Made by a program: the position numbers and the translations under genes
DNA from: a virus
Taxonomy: Duplodnaviria > Caudoviricetes
Reading direction: 5' to 3' (one strand)
IMG/VR virus record: IMGVR_UViG_3300042477_000507
Location: 1 to 58,851 of that record
DNA: 58,851 bases
Shown here: positions 45,678 to 53,205 of the stretch, piece after piece
Numbering within the stretch: the stretch's first letter is position 1
Layout: every line of letters begins with the position of its first letter
Notes under the pieces: generated by a model
The model's database searches: none
Told to the model about the DNA's origin: nothing
What the model saw: the letters and a program-made list of their open reading frames with translations, nothing else

Positions 45678-46565
45678 ATGGCCCGTGACGCGATTCAGAG
45701 CTACCTCAATGAGATAGGGCGATACCCCCTGCTCACAAAAACACAGGAGGTCATGCTTGGTACGCAGATTCAGGCTTGGATGACAATTAAAGAAAAAGAT
45801 GAGTCAGTATACACAGAAGAAGAAAAAAAGATAGCAAGAAGCGGCAAAAGGGCGAGAGAGAAATTTATCAAATGCAACCTGAGGTTAGTCGTAAACATTG
45901 CAAGAAAATACACCAATCGCTGTCATAGTCTTGACCTGATGGATTTGGTTCAGGAGGGGAATGTTGGATTGGCTAGGGCGGTAGAAAAATTCGATCCGAC
46001 TCGTGGGTATGCAATGAGTACATACGCCTACTGGTGGATCAGACAGGCGATACAACGGTCCATGCAATTTTCCGATCTTACCATTCGCCTGCCAATTGGT
46101 GTTCATGATGCAACTTTTAGAATTAACAAGGCGGTCGAAATACTAACAAAGGGGCTAGGGCGCGAACCAACGATTAATGAAATATCAGAGTCATCCAATC
46201 TTTCAGTAGATGAAATTAAGAACGCATTAACAGCCCCGCGCGCCAACACAAGTCTCGATAAACAGGCGAACGATACGGAATCAAGCTCATTTTTAATTGA
46301 ATTAATCGCTGATCAAGATAATTCAAATACAATTGAACAAGTTCATCGAGCATCAATAATAGATGATATTTACTCAGCGATAGAAACTTACCTTGACGAA
46401 AAAACTAAATTTGTTGTTCTTGAACGAATAAAAGATCCTCCGACCCCTTGGAAGATAATATGTGAAGCAACGGGGCTATCAAGAGGACGATTGCAAAAAA
46501 TAGAACAGAATGGCTTGCGTCGTTGTGCGATGATTTTAAGTGTCAAAAAAGATCTACAGGTCTAA
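45678..46565 (+). CDS. RNA polymerase sigma factor, RpoD/group-2 type (no region 1.1)
   Basis: YLNEIGRYPLLT..QE..L, NLRLVV.IA.KY, DLVQEG..GL.RAVEKFDPTRGY..STYAYWWIRQAI.R, IRLP. Confidence 0.92.
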   Translation: MARDAIQSYLNEIGRYPLLTKTQEVMLGTQIQAWMTIKEKDESVYTEEEKKIARSGKRAREKFIKCNLRLVVNIARKYTNRCHSLDLMDLVQEGNVGLARAVEKFDPTRGYAMSTYAYWWIRQAIQRSMQFSDLTIRLPIGVHDATFRINKAVEILTKGLGREPTINEISESSNLSVDEIKNALTAPRANTSLDKQANDTESSSFLIELIADQDNSNTIEQVHRASIIDDIYSAIETYLDEKTKFVVLERIKDPPTPWKIICEATGLSRGRLQKIEQNGLRRCAMILSVKKDLQV

Positions 46566-46566
46566 T

Positions 46567-47637
46567 TCAATAATCCCAGACTACTTTTGGGCGCCCTGCC
46601 CTGATTCCAGTGTGAATGAATTTTTTTGGCGCACCTTTTCCAGTGCTGTAGGGCCAATTCTTGATGCACCATTCTTGCAACTTATAAATATCAACACCCT
46701 CGATGTACCAGTCAACTGCACCAACGTTCGGTGCGTTGTAAAGATGCTCTGATTGACTTGCGCCGCCAACCGATTTGTTGATATGAGGTGGGCGATAGCC
46801 ACTTGTGATGATTATTGGCTTGCCACCAAAGGCAGTACGTGCGCGCTCAAGAAAAGCTGCAAGCTCTGCTGCTGTATCAAGCTGATATTGATGCTGAAAC
46901 CTGCGCTCCTCCTTGTCTAAGGCAAATTCACCAAGTCTGATGTGCGGGGTGATCCGAGACGAGAAAGAGCTACTAGGGCGCAGCTTGCTGGTCTCTGGGT
47001 CGGCGACAACAAAATCTTTGGCCCATAACGCTCCCTCTGCCCTGCGGCGCCTCAGGAGGCCCGCCTCAACGTTGCTGCCTGGGTTGCGATACAACTCCAT
47101 TGCTGCAGGTACCTGTCTCCAGTCTTTTTCACGCAAACGCTTGCTGATCGTCTCGAAGCCAGCGCTCCCGTAAAATCCCGTGCCTAAATTGTAGGCAAAA
47201 CTGATGAGCGCACCTTGTTGATTTATGCCCATTGCATTCCAAAAAGGAATTGTTGCACGCAGCTTTTCGGCGATTCGCTCAATCTCAGTCTTTAGTAATT
47301 GATCGGCGTCAATAACTGTAATTTTGTCACCTCGCTGCACCTTGCGCCCATCTGAATAGCGAGTTGTACCATATCCAATTGTCGCAACATCCCAGCCATG
47401 CAATGGATCTGGATAGGCGCTCAGATGACAACCCTCGAACTCCTTGATCAGCTTCATTGCTGAGCTGTAATCAGCGAAAGCAGATGGCTTCTGTTCTGGT
47501 GAAGCACGAAAAAGCTCAAGAAACTCTTTTTGCTGTTCCTTTGTTAGCAGCGCCCAAGCATAGTTCCAAGCAGCAATTTGATGCGACTCTGGATACTGCT
47601 TGTCGGTCCAACGGGCGGCGGAAAGAAAGTCACTCAT
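46567..47637 (-). CDS. endolysin: lysozyme (GH24-like) fused to M15-type peptidase
   Basis: IKEFEG...AY.D...TIGYG.T, ALISFAYNLG, GL.RRR.AE; then ITSGYRP...VGGA..SEHLY...AVD...FIH. Confidence 0.9.
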   Translation of the reverse strand: MSDFLSAARWTDKQYPESHQIAAWNYAWALLTKEQQKEFLELFRASPEQKPSAFADYSSAMKLIKEFEGCHLSAYPDPLHGWDVATIGYGTTRYSDGRKVQRGDKITVIDADQLLKTEIERIAEKLRATIPFWNAMGINQQGALISFAYNLGTGFYGSAGFETISKRLREKDWRQVPAAMELYRNPGSNVEAGLLRRRRAEGALWAKDFVVADPETSKLRPSSSFSSRITPHIRLGEFALDKEERRFQHQYQLDTAAELAAFLERARTAFGGKPIIITSGYRPPHINKSVGGASQSEHLYNAPNVGAVDWYIEGVDIYKLQEWCIKNWPYSTGKGAPKKFIHTGIRAGRPKVVWDY

Positions 47638-47909
47638 CGTGCTTTTCGTTGCGTGCGAACAGCATTCTTGACTGGATTATAGAGAAGCGCCAAAGCTTCG
47701 ATTGTGGTATCAGAAACCTGCCCATCGCTAAACTTTTTAGCAAGATAAGAGATCTCTGATTCGACAACAGCAGGAGGGGCGCCATTGACAATTGCAATTG
47801 GTACAGAAATATCAAGCTTTTCGTAGATTCTAGGAAGTGCTTCTCTGACTGTTTTATCAAGGGCAAACCTTAACAAAACCTTGGCGAGCTGAACGAAAAG
47901 CCCTTTCAT
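47634..47909 (-). CDS. hypothetical lysis-module protein
   Basis: ATGA-coupled to endolysin. Confidence 0.6.
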   Translation of the reverse strand: MKGLFVQLAKVLLRFALDKTVREALPRIYEKLDISVPIAIVNGAPPAVVESEISYLAKKFSDGQVSDTTIEALALLYNPVKNAVRTQRKAR

Positions 47910-47938
47910 CGTAAGCAGAGCAGCGTATCTGCTTCAGA

Positions 47939-48193
47939 CTACTCAGCGTTTCGACTAAGGGAGATCAGCGTAGTCAAAACAGTCATCAAGACTGTAATTG
48001 TTCTATTGTCAACGTCATTGCACCCAAGAGGCGTTATGTCAATTCTCGCCCCTTGCTCCGTTCCAACGTATTTCGCATACCACGGCCAAGCCGTTGGAAG
48101 TGCATAAAAGCGACACGCACCCCACTGGACAAGAGCTGTCAAGGCGATGACTGCAGAAATTGTCATCACTGATCGCTGAAGCCAGTTAGGCAT
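47939..48193 (-). CDS. two-TM membrane protein (holin candidate)
   Basis: Two hydrophobic segments; near endolysin. Confidence 0.5.
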   Translation of the reverse strand: MPNWLQRSVMTISAVIALTALVQWGACRFYALPTAWPWYAKYVGTEQGARIDITPLGCNDVDNRTITVLMTVLTTLISLSRNAE

Positions 48194-48450
48194 TACTTCC
48201 ACATGTGACGAGTCTTTAGCTTTAGATCGTCAACATCATCTTCCACCCGATCAACGCGATCTTCTAAAACTGTTACTCTTTGAGCGATTGCCGTAAGTCT
48301 TTCAAGAATTAAATCAAGTCGCTGTGGGACCGTAAATGCAATAAACCCAATCCCGCATGTTGCCATCAGGATCAGTCCAGCAGCCACTTGCTCCTCTACG
48401 CCCTTCCAGTTGAACAGCGCTCGCGGTTTGCTTTGATTGTCTTCCGCCAC
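48193..48450 (-). CDS. TM + coiled-coil protein
   Basis: One TM then heptad repeats. Confidence 0.55.
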   Translation of the reverse strand: MAEDNQSKPRALFNWKGVEEQVAAGLILMATCGIGFIAFTVPQRLDLILERLTAIAQRVTVLEDRVDRVEDDVDDLKLKTRHMWK

Positions 48451-48474
48451 GGCGCAACGGCATTCCCTTGCAGC

Positions 48475-48612
48475 CTAGCGGCCCTGTCCCCTCAGTTTCT
48501 TTTTGCCGCGACGGCGAGGGCGTGAATGCTGCCCATAACCCTGTTTTGTAGTTTTCGGGCGACCAGATTGATGCTGAACTGACGCCGTACCAGTTTTTGC
48601 TTTTACTGCCAT
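48475..48612 (-). CDS. small basic protein (45 aa)
   Basis: Manual read MAVKAKTG...PKTTKQG.G..SRP...KK.LRGQGR. Confidence 0.7.
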   Translation of the reverse strand: MAVKAKTGTASVQHQSGRPKTTKQGYGQHSRPRRRGKKKLRGQGR

Positions 48613-48614
48613 CG

Positions 48615-48740
48615 TTACTTCCTCTTTTTAGGCTTGCGACGCACGATAAGCTTACCGTCTTTTTCGCTTACCGTCATTCCAGCTTTTTCAGTCTGTCGTT
48701 TCAGCGCCGCATATTTTTGAGCAGTAGTTAGCTTTTTCAT
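48615..48740 (-). CDS. small basic protein (41 aa)
   Basis: Manual read MKKLTTAQKY...DGKLIVRRK. Confidence 0.55.
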   Translation of the reverse strand: MKKLTTAQKYAALKRQTEKAGMTVSEKDGKLIVRRKPKKRK

Positions 48741-48815
48741 TAAATCAAAGCAAATAAAAAAGCCTATGCACATGTCCTGAGACTGCGCACGGGCTTTGGC
48801 GGACCTACTAAAACT

Positions 48816-49133
48816 CTAGCCCCAGGGGACTCCTGCGGCTTTTGTCGGCGCTTGCTGTTCGTCAATCTGAGCTTGCAGGGCCGCCTCGATCTCAGCGATT
48901 TTCTCAGGGCCGCCCAACTTGTCCTGCACCCATCCCAGTACGACCTCTTTTGTGAGATCAGCGTAGGGGATCATGGTGGCAGGATCTGGCTGCTCCAGTC
49001 CGACACTGCCATAGGCGGAACTGCCGTAGATGCCGTTGTTAGCCGAAATCGTATAATGAACCGTAAAAATTGCACCATCAGAGGTGTGGCGCTCCATATT
49101 TGCCACATTCCATTCAAATACGGTGTTGGCCAT
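48816..49133 (-). CDS. tail-fibre-associated protein
   Basis: W.VANMER...DG...TVHY...YGSVGL...IPYADLT.E.V.GWV...GVPW, a family typically adjacent to such fibres. Confidence 0.75.
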   Translation of the reverse strand: MANTVFEWNVANMERHTSDGAIFTVHYTISANNGIYGSSAYGSVGLEQPDPATMIPYADLTKEVVLGWVQDKLGGPEKIAEIEAALQAQIDEQQAPTKAAGVPWG

Positions 49134-49155
49134 GCGCAAGGGAAGCTTTCGCTTC

Positions 49156-50010
49156 TCATAGTACAGGCATTTCGTATTCTTGGGTGGTGTTGCAGTAGTG
49201 CTTGAAGATCACCTCGCTGGTATTTCCGGCCCATGCAGCGACCTGCGGTACGGGAATCCCTGCTTCGATCCAGCGACTGATAGCGGTGTGGCGACAATCA
49301 TACGGACGATAGACGTGCGAAATTAAGCCGACACGCTTTATTGGAAGTAGTTTTTTGCGAAAATAGCTCTGAAAGGCAAGACGATCCCATGGAAATATAA
49401 AATCATTGCTATGTGGAACTGAGTCAAGAATTTCTTTGCAGCGCTTATTCAGTGGAACCCAGCGCTTTTTATTTGTTTTTGTGCTATTTTTTAAGCCATG
49501 CGTCAACGTATAGTTCTGATGCACAAGAATTTTGCCATCCTTAATGTCCTTCCACATAAGCGCTCTGACTTCGCCAGTTCGCATTGCTGTTTGAAGCATG
49601 AACTCTGCATAGTATCCCCAATTTACGTTTTGATATGTAAACTTGGCCCCGAGAACGCCTAGTACAATCTCAACTTCATTTCTGGGTATTACGATAATTT
49701 CATTGTCACGTTGAGGCGCTTTTGGCATCTTGAAACTTGCGAGGGGGTTTCGCTCAAGAAGCGCTACGTCCTCTTGTGCCGCCCATTTGCACATTGTTTT
49801 AAGGTACATTGCAACTCGGCGAGACATGAGAACTGGTTTTTGTCCCAGCACCCAAATCATCGCTTGGCGCGCCTGCAATGGATCTTGCACGGGACAGCCT
49901 TTCAGCCATTTCGTAACTTGGCGATAGTCAGAGGTCAGGCTGGTTGGACAGAGCGAGATGGATCGCTCTTGCAGGAACGCATCCCAAAGTTCGAACAGGG
50001 TCGGTGGCAC
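49156..50010 (-). CDS. tyrosine recombinase (short, no arm-binding domain)
   Basis: TAMRTGEV.AL.W.DI, K..TKT, RPYDCRHT, W.GN, KHY: R-K-(Y)xxR-(N)-Y catalytic set. Confidence 0.92.
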   Translation of the reverse strand: MPPTLFELWDAFLQERSISLCPTSLTSDYRQVTKWLKGCPVQDPLQARQAMIWVLGQKPVLMSRRVAMYLKTMCKWAAQEDVALLERNPLASFKMPKAPQRDNEIIVIPRNEVEIVLGVLGAKFTYQNVNWGYYAEFMLQTAMRTGEVRALMWKDIKDGKILVHQNYTLTHGLKNSTKTNKKRWVPLNKRCKEILDSVPHSNDFIFPWDRLAFQSYFRKKLLPIKRVGLISHVYRPYDCRHTAISRWIEAGIPVPQVAAWAGNTSEVIFKHYCNTTQEYEMPVL

Positions 50011-50021
50011 AAAAAGAAAAA

Positions 50022-50041
50022 AGTGACATCTCTGTCACTTT
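50022..50041. promoter_or_regulatory. perfect palindrome upstream of recombinase
   Basis: AAGTGACA-TCTC-TGTCACTT. Confidence 0.55.
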
Positions 50042-50073
50042 AATTCATATTTCAGGCGCAGAAGGGTCAAAGA

Positions 50074-50271
50074 CTAGTAACGAGTGCCGGTGTAGCTGCA
50101 GCTTGGGCAATGCACCCCATACTGCGGTGGCCAACTTGTAAGGCAAACTGATGGGTTGGAGTCCATCAGCTCCTGTTGGCACTCAGGGCAAGCGATCCCG
50201 TTGGGATGGGGCTGGGTGTTTAGCTGGAACATGCCCAGCGCCTGCTGATTGTGTTGATCGAGGGTCTGCAT
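50074..50271 (-). CDS. 65-aa zinc-ribbon ORF bracketed by two putative recombination sites
   Basis: CPEC...CPSC; sites at 50062-50076 and 50272-50286. Confidence 0.7.
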   Translation of the reverse strand: MQTLDQHNQQALGMFQLNTQPHPNGIACPECQQELMDSNPSVCLTSWPPQYGVHCPSCSYTGTRY

Positions 50272-50288
50272 TAGAGAAGGGGACTCGT

Positions 50289-53168
50289 CTAGTTGGCTTC
50301 GAGTGCAGCAACACGAGCCTTCAGTGATTCGATTTCACCAATGGCTTCCTGCAACGCAGCCGTCAGCAGCGGCACCAGCTTGGACTGGTCGATGCCTTGG
50401 TAGACGGGGTTGCCATCATCATCCACTGCATCTTTGGAGCCCGTGACCGCTTCAGGAACTACAGCTTGAGTTTCGTGAGCGATGAAGCCGTCAACAGTGT
50501 GGCTGGGGTCAGCCTTGAAGTTGAAGCGGCTAGGCTTCAGTTGCCGAAGGCGGGTGATGCCGTCAGTGACTGCGGTGACGTTTTCCTTAAGGCGGTAGTC
50601 GGAAGAGGTGTTGTAAGAGGTGGCCGTTGTCGAGACACTAACTGAACCGACTTCTGTTTCGTTGCGGTAAAAACGAATAGCGTTTCGGGCATCGGTATCA
50701 TCAAAGGTTTGGTTAATATCCAGCACCGAAACAGTGCTTTTACCGTTGTAAACCCAGCGACCAGTATCACCCGCGTACGCAGAGGATATTGTGTTTGTAG
50801 CAAGCGTACTAATGGTCCCGCCAATATACAAACTTCCATCACTAGAAATCCTCATCCGCTCCGTCGGAGAACTCGCCCCATCCGCAGTAGTGGAGAACAC
50901 TAGGCGGCCTGGGTAGCTAGATCCAGCAGTCCAAGTCCCTCCATCCCTTTGTGCCTGTATCCACGCAGCATTTACATGCGTGGCATCGCCAAACATGATA
51001 TAGCCGAGGTCTTCTGTTGAAGTTGGTCCATTTGTAGTTGTGCAGCAACGCAACACACCAGGACCAGTGGTACCGCTGTATCCTTGGAGAAGGAGTGTTG
51101 TATTGCTAGACGTGGAAGACGTACCAACTAAGAGGCGCTTCGATGTATCAATGGTGACTGCTGCGCTGCCGTTTTGAATAATGTCAAAGCCGCCAGCGTA
51201 GTTAGTTCCAATGGCGGCGTTCTGTGTGGTGGAACCACCGCGCAACTCCATGTGGCGAGTGCCGTCGCCAACACGAATAATTGGCGCCGAAGAATTAAGG
51301 ACTTCTAGTGTGGTGTTAACTGTAGAAGTGCCAATCCCTACGTTGCCTGCGGAGTTGATTACCAACAAAGGTGTTGTGAACGTTGTCCCCCCTGCAGCGG
51401 TAGATGGCGTGATCTCAAGTGCATTATCTACATTTTGTTGAGCGCCTATTTTCCAGTTATATTTTGTGCCTGTTCCATAAAAGATAGCCGCACCAGTATC
51501 GCCAGCATCATTTGATCCAATACTTACAACTGTTGCGCCGCCAGCAACGTGTAACTTTGAGCCAGGCGAACTAGTCCCTATGCCTACGTTGCCTGAGGAG
51601 TCGATGCGGGCGCGTTCGGAGGGAGTTGTGGCCGTGCCATTAGAAGACACGGCGAGTACAAGCGCCCCGCCATTATTGGCACCCGCATTAGGGTTAAGTG
51701 CTTGAATGGCCGCAACTGCTTCGCTGCCGCCAAAAGTATTGGAACAGAAAAACTGCATCTGAGCAATGTTGCCAGCATTTGATGCAGACTGGTTCCTCAG
51801 CGTGAGAAGATTTGAGGTAGTTGAACTACCTGTGGCACCGGCAATGTCTAGTGTCGTGCTAGGACTCGTAGTGCCCACCCCTAATCCAGTGGGCGTAAGG
51901 CGCATCATCTCGGTTGGGTCCGAGGCGCTATTTGTAGTCTTTATTGCAAACGCAAGGCTTCCAATGCGATGATCGCTGTTGAGGCCGTAAGCGCCAATCC
52001 TCGCCACTTCTCTGGTGCCAAGCCAGGAAGAAGTATTGTCTGAATAGTATTTAAGTTGAGCCCCCTCTTGACTGGCATTTAGGTAGCGACCTGACCGAAT
52101 TCCTAAAGCATTTGCCGCATCGGTTGTTCCATTAGCAATTTCGAATTTATCGCTAGGCGAACTAGTCCCCACGCCTACGAGCCCTGCCGAGGTGATGCGC
52201 AGGCGTTCCTGTTCATTTGTTTGAATAGTGAACGGAATTGCTGAGCGCGTTTGGATAGACGCAAGTGATCCAGTGTTGTAGAACTCACAACCGACGCCGC
52301 TGTTTCCGGTTAAGCGAAGCGTAGCCGTTGTGCTTCTTTGGATTTCAACACCACTGCCATTACCAAATCCGGCAAACGAAGATCCAATATTGATATTCCC
52401 ATTCGCATCAACAAACAACCTGCCAGACCCACCAGTGCTGATGGCTACTTGGTCTGCGCCGGGGGAGTAGATGCCGGTGTTGGTGTCGCCAGTGAATGCA
52501 ATGGAAGGTGCAGCAGCACTACCACCTGCAGCGCTAAAAATGCCAGTGGTTTGAACTGTCTGGCTGCCGAAATCAGGACTAATCTTGGTGCCAGCAATGG
52601 CGGCGCTTGAATTAATATCTGCGTTGACGATGGTATCATTTCTAATCATCGTACTGGTCACTGTTTCACTATCACCAGTAGTGACAATGGTGCCATTCAC
52701 ATCAGGCAGCGTGATCGTCTTGTCGGACGCAACTGACGCCGGGGCCTGCAGGGCGATGTGATTGGTACCATTTGCAGTGGTCTCGCGGAAGCGCACCTGC
52801 TGCTGGTTGTCCATCACCAGCGCACCAGTCATCACGTCGCCGTTCACGTCTACGAACGTGCCGCTCTCGCTGCGCCACGCTGATCCATCCCAGATCTTGA
52901 GCACGTAGGTACCGCCGGTGGTGTCGAGCCATTGCTCACCCACGCTGTTGCCCGTTGCACCGCCGCTAGCAGGCGAAACGTTGGGTGCCGTAGTGCCAAC
53001 ATGCACCGGGCCTACTTTTACCAGGCCACCAGTGCTGTCCTTGAAGAACAGACCAGGGCTTGCACTATTTGTATTGATTGCGGGACGACCATCAACAAGT
53101 CCCGCAGGAAGGGGGCGCTTGTTTGCGGTGCTGCTGCGGAGAAGTTGCAGGGGATTAACGCTGGACAT
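50289..53168 (-). CDS. modular tail fibre with C-terminal intramolecular chaperone (peptidase S74)
   Basis: Repeated ER.RI...G.VG.GT junctions; SDYRLKEN...GFIAHE.Q.VVPEAV...LVPLL...coiled coil. Confidence 0.9.
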   Translation of the reverse strand: MSSVNPLQLLRSSTANKRPLPAGLVDGRPAINTNSASPGLFFKDSTGGLVKVGPVHVGTTAPNVSPASGGATGNSVGEQWLDTTGGTYVLKIWDGSAWRSESGTFVDVNGDVMTGALVMDNQQQVRFRETTANGTNHIALQAPASVASDKTITLPDVNGTIVTTGDSETVTSTMIRNDTIVNADINSSAAIAGTKISPDFGSQTVQTTGIFSAAGGSAAAPSIAFTGDTNTGIYSPGADQVAISTGGSGRLFVDANGNINIGSSFAGFGNGSGVEIQRSTTATLRLTGNSGVGCEFYNTGSLASIQTRSAIPFTIQTNEQERLRITSAGLVGVGTSSPSDKFEIANGTTDAANALGIRSGRYLNASQEGAQLKYYSDNTSSWLGTREVARIGAYGLNSDHRIGSLAFAIKTTNSASDPTEMMRLTPTGLGVGTTSPSTTLDIAGATGSSTTSNLLTLRNQSASNAGNIAQMQFFCSNTFGGSEAVAAIQALNPNAGANNGGALVLAVSSNGTATTPSERARIDSSGNVGIGTSSPGSKLHVAGGATVVSIGSNDAGDTGAAIFYGTGTKYNWKIGAQQNVDNALEITPSTAAGGTTFTTPLLVINSAGNVGIGTSTVNTTLEVLNSSAPIIRVGDGTRHMELRGGSTTQNAAIGTNYAGGFDIIQNGSAAVTIDTSKRLLVGTSSTSSNTTLLLQGYSGTTGPGVLRCCTTTNGPTSTEDLGYIMFGDATHVNAAWIQAQRDGGTWTAGSSYPGRLVFSTTADGASSPTERMRISSDGSLYIGGTISTLATNTISSAYAGDTGRWVYNGKSTVSVLDINQTFDDTDARNAIRFYRNETEVGSVSVSTTATSYNTSSDYRLKENVTAVTDGITRLRQLKPSRFNFKADPSHTVDGFIAHETQAVVPEAVTGSKDAVDDDGNPVYQGIDQSKLVPLLTAALQEAIGEIESLKARVAALEAN
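50888..52447. repeat. seven in-frame TAGN-N7-WCTN putative recombination sites in tail fibre
   Basis: 50888, 51116, 51326, 51572, 51869, 52163, 52433; spacings 228/210/246/297/294/270. Confidence 0.7.
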
Positions 53169-53205
53169 TCCTTAACGCCCGCAGGCCGGAACTTACCCCT
53201 ACAGC

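Noticed and set aside
48795-48820. Possible further site (TAGT-aggtccg-CCAA) after the fibre accessory gene
   Set aside because: The right arm is a poor match, so it was not counted.
49156-50010. Recombinase as a conventional lysogeny integrase
   Set aside because: Not excluded, but no tRNA-like attP, excisionase or CI/Cro switch is visible nearby, it lacks an arm-binding domain, and it sits inside the tail-fibre module.
50289-53168. Diversity-generating retroelement acting on the fibre
   Set aside because: No reverse transcriptase and no TR/VR pair with adenine-specific mismatches in the window.
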